A stretch of DNA of 64,000 bases from Ginglymostoma cirratum (lineage: Eukaryota): NCBI GenBank assembly GCA_024137785.1, contig JAHRHZ010000047.1, forward strand, positions 3,540,425 to 3,604,424, written 5' to 3'. Both the position numbers and the translations under genes were made by a program. Positions 24,885 to 36,500 of this stretch are shown here, in pieces. Within the stretch, counting starts at the first letter, position 1, and each line of letters begins with the position of its first letter. Under the pieces are notes generated by a model that saw only the letters and a program-made list of their open reading frames with translations, had not been told where the DNA came from and made no database searches.

Positions 24885-25075
24885 CAGATATAGAATGAAA
24901 CCAGCCTTTAGGGCGCCTGTATAGAGAGACTACCTGTCTATCGTGACAATCTATGGTGACAGTCTCAACAGTTTATTAATTATTCAGTTTCAGACCTGCA
25001 TTAGGAAGCCACCTGTCTATAAAAGCCACCTGAAGTTAATCCCAGAGGTGGTCATTATAGACAGTTTTTGCTGCA
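24885..25075. mobile_element. Tigger/pogo-like MITE remnant
   Basis: Repeated ACCTGTCTAT units and a terminal GGTGGTCATTATAGACAG in inverted orientation to CTGTCTATAAAAGCCACC. Confidence 0.45.
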
Positions 25076-25364
25076 CTGTCAGTGCAAGATCAATTTACTC
25101 AACCACAAAAATGTGATAACATATTGACTCTCTGCAACAGCAACTAGACCTAAAGAGTCCTCTTCAGAGCATGACCAAACGACCTTCCATTCATTGGCTG
25201 CCGATGAACTTCATTTATAGAACAGCAAATGATATTTAACTGCAACTATTTTCCGGAAGTTTACCAGTGCAGCTATTTGTTTACAGTTGTGCAGTGGCAA
25301 TCAAAAATTTATTGGTTTTGATGATTGTAAGAAATGTAATGGCTAAGATGGAAAATGGGGTCTT

Positions 25365-25715
25365 TTTTTCTTTTCTTCATCCGTAGGATGTGGGTGTTGT
25401 TGTCAAGGTCAGCATTTATTGCCCATCCCTAATTGCCCAGAGGGTAACCACATTGCTACAGGTCTTGAGTCACATGTAGGCCAGAAAGGACGGTAGCTTT
25501 CTTCCCTAAAGGACATTAGTGAACCTCATGTATTTTCCCAGCAACCGGTAATAGTTTCATGGTCATCATTAGACTCTTAATTCCAGATTTTTCTTAAAAA
25601 TGGAATTAAAACTCCACCAACTGCTATGGCAAGATTCAAGCCTGATTCCCCAGACGTTTACCAAGGTTTCTGGATTCGTAGTCTAGCAATAATACCACAA
25701 GGCCAATGCCTCCCC
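25365..25715 (-). mobile_element. tRNA-derived SINE (same family as 17603)
   Basis: CAGCATTTATTGCCCATCCCTAATTGCCC tail, GAGTCACATGTAGGCCAG core, CCTAAAGGACATTAGTGAACC. Confidence 0.75.
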
Positions 25716-26659
25716 TATACAAAAGGTACAAATAATTTTATACCATATTCATAACAGCAAGTCTATTATTAGGAACCAGATCTTATTGATTACAGTATAT
25801 TTTTTGAACTGCAAATTTAGAACCAGACAAGTAGAAGTGGCCACAGTATTGCTTGTCATTCTATCTCCAATATTTACCATTGTTAGTAAACCAAGTCTTT
25901 GCTCTTATGATGCATTGAGATTCCAGAGGTATTGGTGATTTCTACAGGTACCACCAAGGGCTCCTGTTAGGAAACTACAAGGCACCACTGAGAGGTCATT
26001 CTGCTTTATTTTCAAAATCAGTGATATGACTCCAGTTTTGGAAATAAAATTAGTAAGCCCAGTTTCAGTTTCTACCCATTAGAATTGGCACAGTGATTTC
26101 TCTCAATTGTAGGAAGCTCATACATAGTGAAGCCCATTAACCAGCTCTCTGTGAGCGTACACCTATAGATCTCTGTTGTCCCATTCCCTCCACCACCCAC
26201 TCCACCTCCCCATACCATTTGAAGTGGACAATGTGACTGCAGCTTCCTTTTCACATTGTTGGTGACATACCGTCTGAGCCCCACCAATAATATCCTGTAC
26301 CAACGCAGATTTTGGTTTAGGAATGGTAAGAGGAGAATTAAGTACTCAAGCATTTCTGAGAATTTGTTTTGTTTTCATTGAATAGTGTTATTGGCTGATG
26401 CCTCTCAGCAATTTAATGTTCTGTATTCAGTATCTTGACTGCTTAGTCAGATACTGGAGTGGGTGTCACTTAAATGAATGTTATGATATTGTCAGTGTCA
26501 TGTAGGGAATGAATAGGTATTTATTGATGATGTAAGGAGCATTTAATGTAGTTGTAAGTTGGTATTGTTACCTGGCGGTCTTAATGAATGGTTCATTCAG
26601 CCTGGAGAAAGACCTGTGGAAAGACACAAAAAACACTCTGGCTTTTCCTGTTTTCTTCA

Positions 26660-27970
26660 CTGTCAGCAAGATTCCAATGCAGTTCAAGAATAACTTCACT
26701 TTATTGGAAACAGCAGAATAGTAGGTACAGTAACTATTACAAAGTAATTATTCCAACATGGTAACATCCCATAAACACACCCCTTGGCAAAAAAGGCAAA
26801 TTCAGGCACAGATTCTCACATGCAGTTGTCCAACCCAGGAGGAAAAAACATTAAGAGAAAATTCAGTGGAAGTAGCAGTCAAGAGACATTCACTGAAGCT
26901 TCAAATTCTTTTGGGACTCCAGTAGCTTCTGCTTAAAGCTAAACCTAAAAATTAAAAAGAAAACTAGAAGCCCGGCTCTCTCAGACCGGGCTACATTCGG
27001 GCTGCTTCCACTGTTCCAACTTTTAAAAAACCCAAGGCTTCTCATCTGTTTACTCAAGTGGTCTTCAGTAGCCGGCTCTACACTTCTGCTGTACAACCCC
27101 TCTTCAAACAAACAGGACAAAATAACCCCTTAAAAGTGTTATGAAGTTGTGTAAGGTGTGTGGTTCCTTTAAGCGAAAAGTGCTTTTCTAGAGATTTTTA
27201 CAGGGTGAAAGAAAGTGTCTGTATGTAGCTAATGATGTACAGCTCGTCCTAAAATTGAAACATGTATCAATTGGCTATGTGATTGGAAACCTTAGGCATG
27301 TTTTGATGTTTTGGCAGTAAGCTGGAATCAGCCAATTAATTTAAACAATGCACTGAGCGATTGAAAGCCAATTGAATTTCAGTCTGATGGTTTTGACAAC
27401 TTCTGACCAATGCTATTGTAAGAAAATTGATATGTCAGCCAAGGTATATAAGGAGAGGGGCTTTGAAAACCCATGTGAGAGCAAACTGCGGTCTGAGAAA
27501 TAAGCACCGAGCTCTCACAAGAAATCGCTAAGCTCTCTAAGAAAGCACCATCTTACCCATTAAATTTACCACGGCTCTTCACAAAGAAAATATCCCCAAC
27601 CGCAGGATCAATGGAAGAAAGGTGTTTATGACTGGAGAGACAGTGGAGAAGGCTGAGCATTCTGGAAGACCCATTCTGTGTGGACTTTGAGAGACTCTGT
27701 TTTAATTTGTTTTTCTTACCACTTCGGTTATGTAAGTGGGATTTGTGTTTATTGGAATAGCATACCAGTAGAATTTTGTGCAGTCAGGGAATAGTTCGGC
27801 GTTAAGGGGGAATCGTTTGATTTTGTTATTAGTTCTGTTAATTTGAGGTTAAATAAATAAATTGTTGCTTGTTACTTTTCAAGTGACTATCAGGAGTTTT
27901 CTTTCATTTAACTCCTCCCCACCCCCCCAACCATCTCCTTCTCCATTACAAAAGCCACAACATCGTCACA
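26660..27970 (-). mobile_element. Probable older LTR (outer), interrupted by the 27137 LTR; left boundary uncertain
   Basis: Minus strand starts TGTGACGATG at 27970 and has AATAAA at ~26700. No TSD found. Confidence 0.45.
27137..27950 (+). mobile_element. Solo LTR (Gypsy/ERV-type) with 4-bp TSD
   Basis: TGTTAT...ATTACA termini flanked by AAAG at 27133-27136 and 27951-27954. Three CCAAT boxes, TATATAA ~27445, AATAAA ~27852. Confidence 0.75.
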
Positions 27971-28019
27971 GAAGACACTTGTTTGCTGGCAGGCAGACTT
28001 GAGAACTCATATGTTCTCT

Positions 28020-28285
28020 GCAGTTTCATTTCACACCTTCTGCCTTAGACCGAAGCTTATGTCTGTCTGGTTTAAACTTTCAACAATGCCTGGCAATTGT
28101 CATGAATGGGTGTACTCTCCACGGCAACACCTCTGATTCAGATTCTATTTGCCAAGCATTCAGCAGTTTCCTCTCATGCAATATCAATGGTTGATTTCCC
28201 CTTCAATTTGTATTCTCGTGAATTGTCCTGATGAGTGCAAGGTGAAAAATTTCAATAAACTGTGGCTTTTTTTTAAACAATGCTC
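28020..28285 (+). mobile_element. Penelope-like element 3' end with hammerhead-like core
   Basis: TTGTC-CTGATGA-GTGCAAGGT-GAAA-AATTTC at 28223-28253. Confidence 0.55.
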
Positions 28286-28959
28286 ATGCTCTGTACTATG
28301 ATATAACAAATGTTTACTTTTGCGTTTCCTCTTTCTTGTGCTTCTAAAAGATCCTTCAGTCCTTTTTATATTCCTAATCAGATTGCTCCCATTCTTTCTT
28401 TTCCCCTTTTTATCAAAAATTTGGTAACTATTTTGTAGGTTCTAAAACTCCCTCAATCCTAAGACTATTACAATGCTTTGAGATATTGTAAATGCCTTAT
28501 TTTGTTCTAATACTATCCTTTACTTCCCTAATGATCAGCAAATGGATCTTGCTTACTTTCTTTTGTTATCAAGTTCAACTCCAGCACACTTGGTTCCATT
28601 TCTACTAAACAACTGATTACCCAAATTACCTTTTGATACATGTTCGTTGACATTGTCATGTTTTCCAATCTTCATCTATTGTCTTCTTCTCAAACAATTA
28701 TCGTCAGTCCCCTCCTCAAAAGAAAAGCTTGCCTTTAACATCTCAAATACTTAAACAATTGCTCCAGCTCTATCCCTGCATTTATCCTCCAATGTTCTGC
28801 AAGTGTTAGTGCTTCGCAACATTTCTATGTTTGGATCTTAATTAGATCTTCACTCAGCTAACTAAACTCAAACAATACAAACAAAATTTTTGCGAAATGT
28901 CCTTGTAATTTGATCCTTTAAGCATCAGTTCCACTCTAGTGTATTGTGCTGTAGCATCT

Positions 28960-29090
28960 CCAAGGTCAAATCAAGCAACCTGAAATGGTAACTCAGTTTC
29001 TTTCTCTACAAGCTGCCAGATCAATGGAGACTTTCCATAATTTTCTAATTTCAGAGCTTCAACATCTGTGGTATTTGGTTTTACTGCTTC
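28960..29090 (+). mobile_element. Degenerate Penelope-like terminal fragment
   Basis: CCTGAAATGGTAACTCAGTTTC...GCTGCCAGATC...CAACATCTGTGGTATTTGG, similar to 18855 and 20015. Confidence 0.45.
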
Positions 29091-29289
29091 TCTTGGCTTC
29101 TCCACTGCCTCATCTTAGATTCAATCATTTGAAAAAAAATCTTCTTCTACGCCACAAACTCTGTACCCTTTGTCACCAGTTCCATCTTAGCCCCCCACAT
29201 CTTTCCAGTAGCTTCTGTGTAGTTCACTACCTCCACTTTGTATTCTGCTCTGACATTTGCGACATTTTCTGTTTCTACACCTGAATTAA

Positions 29290-30000
29290 TGATTTTATTG
29301 TAACGTGTATTTTACAGTGAGAAAAACGGTAAAATACAATGAAAAGCTTTTCCACTGTCGCCATGAGCTGACACCATTTTGAATAGTTGAAGAATAAGAA
29401 AAAAATGGAAAGACATAGCTTAAGGAGAGTCCATCAGTGCTGAGCCAGCTCATCATCAACAATTCCTGTGCTGCCATCCCTCCTGCAGCACCTCACCACT
29501 GTCCACACCAGACCCAACCAACATTGAAGTCGCTTCTCTTCAAGTGCCAACTTTCTCCTCCACCGCTCCCTTGCCGCTGCTTACATCAGACCCACCAATG
29601 CCAGAGTCTCATCTCTCACCGCTGGGCCCACCTTTATTGATGTCGCTGTGATGCCCTTTCGGCACCGCTTCACCACTGCCTGTGCCAGATCCAACCAACG
29701 ATGAAGTTGCTGATCCTCAGGCACCAATTTTCGCAGCTGGGCCTACATCACAGACAATGCCTCCGCCATTGTAGCAGCCACTGATTCCGATGCCAGGTCT
29801 CGTGCTCGCCCTGGAAAAGTAATTAAGGGCTCACTCAAGTCCGCCTGGGATCCCTCACTGCCACCGAGATGCCATCTGAGCTAGTGGCAAGAGGTAAGTA
29901 AAGGACAAGAGAAAAGAATGAACAAGAAAAGAGGTGAAAAATGAAAATAAAGAAAATAAAATCAGTCAGAGCGGACAAGCCCTGACTCAGCCAGCTGTCC
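29290..30000 (-). mobile_element. Non-coding retroposon with a Rex1-like 3' tail
   Basis: Minus-strand end AAAGCTTTTCATTGTA...TACACGTTACAATAAAA resembles 1673-1712. Internal ~27-bp direct repeat. Confidence 0.5.
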
Positions 30001-30014
30001 TAGCTACTTTCAAG

Positions 30015-30620
30015 CGTTGGAACAGAAGTTGGTCACTGAGCCACTTGAGCCTGATCTGCCATCCAATAAGATCATGGTTGATCTGCACCTAACTCCCCAC
30101 ATTCCTTTTGATTATTGTCAACTAAATATATTAATCAACCTCCATTTATTTAAAATTTAATACCTGTTCTAACATCAAAAGAGTTGCGAATGTCCATTTT
30201 TTTTTTGAGTAGGAGTGTCTTCAAGTTTCACTCCTGCCTCTCATGATCAAATTATGGCCCCTTGTAATAGACACTTCAACCATTGGAAATAGGGTAGATT
30301 GAGTGAAATTATTAGTGAAAACAAATTGATGTGAAAACTTTAAGCAAATCATCCTATCACCTTCTAAATCCCACAGGGTCCAACCCTAGTTTGCATGATT
30401 GTTCTTGCTATCTGACCCTTGGAGTCCCAAGTAATATTCTGCTAAATTAATGCTGCAGTCCATCCAAAGTCAATTTGTCCTCCTTAATATCTGCTGCTCC
30501 GAATTACTCTCAGTACTGCGAATATGGTCTAACCAGGGCTTTGTGTAACATGACTACTACCCCCTTGTATTCTAGATCTCTAGATATAAAGATTAGCATT
30601 TCATTCACCTTTTATTATTA
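30015..30620 (-). mobile_element. Old CR1 LINE 3' fragment
   Basis: GAGCCTGATCTGCCATCCAATAAGATCATGGTTGATCTG (reversed CR1 3' UTR) and CAGTACTGCGAATATGGTCTAACCAGGGC (reversed LVRP..Y motif). Confidence 0.65.
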
Positions 30621-30699
30621 TCTTCTGGAGACATCCTCCTTCATACACATTGTCATTTCCACATTCCAATCCTCCCCTGGCTGGCCTTTATACTGTACA

Positions 30700-31120
30700 A
30701 ACTTCAGCTTATCAGAAACTTTTGCTTTAATCCATCACATGAAGTTCAGATCACTCCACTTCTGCTGCTTGACTACATACAGTCCAGTCTTCTCATCCTG
30801 CTCTTTAAATTTCTTCATGGTTTCTGCTCTCCCTTTCTCTTTAACCTTCCTGCAGCCCAAATTAAAATCACCATCCTCCAACTCTACTCACCCCACCTTG
30901 TGCAGTCTCCATCCATAAAGCCCGTCAGTGACGGTCAAGCCCTCTGGACTTTACTCTGCAAACTATTCCCTCTCTGAGAACTTCCTTAAAATCAATGTCT
31001 TCGACTAAGCTTTGAACATCTCTCCTGACATTCCTTCTTCAACTTTCTGAGTATGATGCCATGATATGTCTTAGAACTTGTTTTCACACCAAAGGAACTA
31101 TATTAGTGGCTATTGTTGCT
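30700..31120 (+). mobile_element. Old L2-like LINE 3' remnant
   Basis: TTTAAATTTCTTCATGG...CTTCCTTAAAATCAATGTCTTCGACTAAGCTTT...AAAGGAACTATAT, similar to 34355. Confidence 0.45.
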
Positions 31121-31159
31121 TGGAGCATAACTTACATGGTACTGTTTGTCAGTTTGAAA

Positions 31160-31410
31160 CATAAAGAAGTTAGCACAGAAAAAAGCATTCAACCAATCGA
31201 GATGCCAGCATTGGCTGAGTAAACTATCTGTTCATTCCAATCTCACTTTCTGACACCTGCTCCTTAACCTTGCAGGCGTTTCAGGTACAGATTCTAGTTC
31301 CTCTCCAATAGATTGAGGGTTTCTGCCTCCACCACAAAATAGGAAGTTAATTTCAGATACTCGCCATTCTCTGGGTGAAAATGTTTTTTCTCATATCCCT
31401 CTATTAATCA
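31160..31410 (-). mobile_element. Old CR1 3' remnant
   Basis: AGCACAGAAAAAAGCATTC...TCTGCCTCCACCAC...CTCTGGGTGAAAA typical of a reversed CR1 end. Confidence 0.55.
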
Positions 31411-31614
31411 CCTGAAATTTTGTTTTATTGTATGTTTTTTTTCTATAACTTAGTGCATTCTGTGATGTTGGGTGTTAACATCTGTTTCTTTCATTACATA
31501 TTAATTTATTTTTGCAATCACACAGACTAAATTACAAAATGCTCAAGTAGAGCTCCTTCTGAAATAGCAATTCTGATTCTGGATATTCTTAATGTAAAAT
31601 GAATATGTAAGAGC

Positions 31615-31740
31615 AATGTGAAGAGTTTCAGCCTGAAATGTTGATTTTCCTGCTCTTCTGATGCTGTCTGACCTGCTGTGTTTGTCCAGCTCCATGTTTA
31701 TTAACTCTGGCTTCCAGCATCTGCAGTCCTTATTGTATCC
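31615..31740 (+). mobile_element. Penelope-like terminal fragment, second subfamily
   Basis: GTGAAGAGTTTCAGCCTGAAATGTTG...GATGCTGTCTGACCTGCTGTG...CCAGCATCTGCAGTCCT. Confidence 0.6.
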
Positions 31741-34354
31741 TATGAATAAAATTTGCTCTTCTTGCTGTACCTGTACACAGAATAGTTAGAATAATAAAAA
31801 GACAACTGACTGCTGAGTCATTCTTATTTTACTGGCATGATTTGTGATGATCAACTTTATTTCAGAAGCATTAGTGAAGCACTGTAGTCAAAGTATTTCC
31901 CGAATAATCTTTTAGCATTTGCATTGCTCTCACTTAACACTCAATAAAAAGAGGATGATATTTCCTAATACTGGGAATGTGAGATGTGATCTCAGCCCAA
32001 TCATTTAATTTTAAGTAGGAATGTCTTTGCAAGTTAATGTTGTATGAGGACATTTGCCTATTGAGTGATTCTGCAAGAAGTTGTGATCTGTGGAGCTGTA
32101 CATTGCAATGCATCCAGTAGGTGAATGATTTAATTGAAGGCTGCCTTATCATGCCAAGTATCTGAGATGTTTGCACACACTTGTCTGAAAGCCATCACCT
32201 AATGTGTGCCACAGATAACTACGCAAATCAAAAAGCAAACACTTTAGAGACGGCGGGTCCAAGTAGAAATACAATATCTTTGTTACAAGGTACCAGCCTT
32301 AATGTTATGTCATCTCAAGCCCAATTTTACAATTGAATACAATGCTGTGAGAGATTGTATAGAAAGTAGACCTGATGCGATCTGCCAGTTTATGAATATC
32401 TGTATTTAGTCCTAGCTTTGCATAGATTCCTAATTTCATTAGGGATTTATCTATAGCAAAAGACTTCTGATTGAATTATAGCATGATTATGAACCAGCTT
32501 TGTGCACTGAGAGACTGGGCAACCTGCCACATTGCTCCAAAACCTATCATTTGATGCACTCACTGAGAAACTTGACATCATTGCTAATCACTGCCCCCAC
32601 AATACACTCTTAATTAAACATTTATGTGAACTGCTACTCATACAAATTAGACAAGCCTCCCTTACAAACTCATGAGTCAGTAGTCAGAAGCTGAAATAGT
32701 CAAAATATCAGGTATTTAAAAACTTTCTTTCCATGATGGCAAATTATCGACATAGCACTTCTGCAGGTAGTCGCATAGGGTTTGCTAAGTGACACTAAAA
32801 AATAGATCTTGTACAAACACCAATAAGGTCACTGTTTCAAAATGCTTGTAGTAATTTTACTTGTAAGTTCTTCCCATTATTATTACTATGAATCAGCAGC
32901 CTACATCACACCACTGGGTACACTTGTTATACGTTACTTTTAATTCTCTGCCATTTAAGCAGTTGTTTCCAAGATTGATAAAGTTATGTTTTAATAGAAA
33001 TTACAACAGCACCCATTCCAAGTGATATTTCAATGGTTCATTTTGTTTTCTTCCTGCTACATAATTTTCAGTAATTTGATGTGAACACACATGTAATCAT
33101 TTACTGAAGTTTTTTTCAATAAATAGTGTTAAAGGCATAAAGTATCCATCAGGTGAATTGCTGTGATTGGACTGCTGAGGAGCCATGGTGATTTGACTTT
33201 GTACAAAAGGGTCATTGAACAGAAGGTCAGGCAGCTGGGCATTTCCATTTGAAAGATGCTATCAAAAGGCCAAGAGGCAGTTGATCCAGCAGCCGTAGCA
33301 AACAAGATTTTCTCCCATTATTTATGATTTTTTTTATATACTAAAATAGTTTATGGGCTTACACTAGAAGGTCTTACATTCATTTCCCCTGAACAAAACT
33401 GGACTAATGGGAAAAGATTTTGGTTATAGAGAACGAAGGTGCTTTGAGTAATGAGGAGCCATTTGATGACCAGTTATCTGCAGACAAGCAGCAGGGCAAT
33501 AAATCATTTACTGGGACTCTCCACTTCAGCAGAAGACAATTGAAGAAGGTAGTTCTGTTATTACAAATTATTTCTTATCACGTCTCAAATGACAGGCTTC
33601 AGCTCCCACAAATACTTAAAAGTACTGTATACCTGTTCACCATACACAAGACTACATCTAGCCTTGCTTTTGATTTAATTTCAGTTCAATGACTTTGTAG
33701 ATGATCTTAAATTTTAACACTGAAGTCAGCAACACTCTTAAAATATGGCATTGATTTTTTTTAGGTGACGTTATGATTTATAAATTAAGAATACTCCTGG
33801 TCATTTGTTGCTAAAAGCTTGGCATATAATATTTATATTTATTGCAAATTCAAAACTCATGCCCTATCCAGTATGCGTGTTTTCTTTTCAAAATACATTT
33901 TATGTGCCACTTTACCTTTTAACTAGATGCTGCATTATTCTCTAGCTTTTAAAATATGCATTCCTAATTACATGCTTAAGATGAATATGTCAATTGCCGA
34001 AAGGGGGAAATTAACCATAAAAGGAATGATTCCACAGACAGACATCTGCAAACTGGAAATCTATTTGTTCTCACATCACTGCAGTCACTTAAAGCTTTCC
34101 CATTGTTGACAACTTTGAAAGACAGGTATGTAAAGATGATGCGTCACTATCACGACCTGTCACAGATGAGTTTACAGCAGCCAGACTGACATTCACATCA
34201 ACATGCGTCAAAGCATGACACAGCTACATCACTGTAACTCTGGCACTTTAATTTGGTGTCAGCTATTAGTGTATACCGTGATGCTTCAACCACTGAATGT
34301 TTGTGCCAGCAAGATTAAATACCATCACAGAATACTGTATGTCTCAGCAATACC

Positions 34355-34710
34355 TCGAATTTAAAATTCTCATCTGCTGTTCAAATTCCTCAATGTACTC
34401 CCTACTCCCTATCTTTCTGACTTTCTTCTCCCCTATAACCCTGTGAGATATGAGTACTTTCAATTCTGGCCCTCTTGTATTTCCTCAAATTTCATCACTC
34501 CACTATTCACTGATGTGATTTCAGCTGACCTAAAGCTTTGGAATTCCTGCTTTAACCATCCCTACTTCCTTATCCTCCTTTTGGATTAAAACCTAAATTT
34601 TACACTAATCTTTGTTCACTTGTCCTAATATCACCTTAGTTTTTAACGTCCTATGAAGCACCTTAGGATGATTTATCACATAAAGGTGATATATAAATTC
34701 ACGTTGTGGA
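34355..34710 (+). mobile_element. L2-like LINE 3' remnant
   Basis: TTTAAAATTCTCATC (FKIL), TGGAATTCC (WNS), tail AAGCACCTTAGGATG...AAAGGTGATATATAAAT. Confidence 0.55.
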
Positions 34711-36174
34711 TTTTTTAAAAATAAAAATGATGTACAACTGCCAACTGTGGTTCGAATATTAACATTGCTGCATTGAAATAATAAATCCAGATTCATATTT
34801 TTATGTAACAAAAATAAAATGTAACAATGAACAAAACCAAAATGATTTACAGACTCACTGGATGGGAAATCTGCAAATCCATTTCTTTAATCTGTTCGTG
34901 ACGAGACAATAGTCAGTAGATTAGGTTCCTGTCTGTGTTGGTATAGGAAAATACAAATGCGACATTTTTTTGTGTCTTTGATTTCCCCTGCCTGAAATTA
35001 GATAAGAAAATCTATATATGCATCATCCTGCTAGTCAATAGCACATCGGTTTAAAATATCAACAGGAATTTTCTGGGTTACCAGGAAACTGCAGCTCCTC
35101 AGTCAGTTTTGCATCTTGGAAAGTGGTATGTGTTATGTATCAATTATTGTTCCATTCAAGCAAATGCGCTTTACAATCTGGCAACTATAAGCAGTAGAGA
35201 CCAAAAACCTGCTGTAGTGAATAAAGGCATCTATGAAAGAACTGGCAGAAGAATAGACAATCTGCTAAAAAGTTCTATATATATTTGATGTTCTGTGTCG
35301 TTGAGTTTCTTTAAGCTGAAAATTATTGTTCTCTGCAAATCAATTTGTTTTGTTTAATAATTTACAATGTGATCTCACTATATAAATGCAAATTGTTGTT
35401 GTCTTTAAAAATTGTACATTTGCTAACTGTGGTCCTAACATTAACATTGATACATTGAAATCATTAATCTAGGTTCTTAGGTTTTTTTATTGAACAAATA
35501 TAAAACACAGTAGTTATTTACGTCAAGGTGATTTACTATCTTACTGAATGGGAAATCAGCAGAAGTATTTCTCTAACCTGTGTTTGAGCAGACAATGTTA
35601 TAATTCAAACTGAAAATGGAGTAGTAATTTGGTTGTGTTGACTTGTGAAAGATGCACTGTGCTATTGAGGAAGTACCATAGGTAAACATGTTCCCCAGAA
35701 ATTCCGAATGTTTGACATCAATTCAGTGTATCATTTCCATCCCATCCTGTATCATTTTGATGGTGAAAGTGGCAAGTGTAGAACAAGATATTGCATCACA
35801 CACCTGTCCCAGTGTAAGAAAGAGGATATGATGACAACATTTATATCCTTGAAACAAGCTTACCTGACTTCCATTCATGTGAGGTTTCCAGCCCATACAA
35901 GAGCCCTTTACTATTGCATTGAGTAGTATTTAATAAAATGAAAGTAAAAGTACATTGCAATCCAGTCTATGTAAACATAATTCAGAAATAATTCTGTAGC
36001 AAAAAGGTGCTGTAAGAAAGTTACATATTGAACATTGAACATTTGTCTTTTCAGATTGCATTGACTTACGCTAATTTTATCCATGTTGTTTTATTCTACA
36101 TAGCTGAAATGTATCTGCACAGAAATGGCAGTAGAAATTTGGAGCTCCCTTCAGCAAAGGCAGGCATCAATGTC

Positions 36175-36500
36175 ATGATAATGCAAGTGAGCTATTAATC
36201 CAGAATCCTCAGCTAATGTGCTGGGGGTATGGGTTTCAATCCCACCATGGCATGGTGCAATTTGAATTCAGTAAAAATCTAGAATAAAAAGGAAGTCTAG
36301 TGCAACTGTCATTTAAACAAAAATGTGATTCATTAATATAATTTACGGTAGGAAACCTGGCATTCATACCCTGTCTAGCCTACATGCCACCCCAGAATAC
36401 CAGCGATGGATTGACTCTGAACTGGCCGCTGGGCAATGTGGAATGGGCAATAAATGGTGACCTAGCCAGTGACACTCACACCCCATGAACAAACATAAGA
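36175..36500 (+). mobile_element. tRNA-derived SINE (same family as 17603 and 25365)
   Basis: B box GGTTTCAATCCC, CTAGCCTACATG core, tail ATGGGCAATAAATG...GCCAGTGACACTCACACCCCATGAA. Confidence 0.7.
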
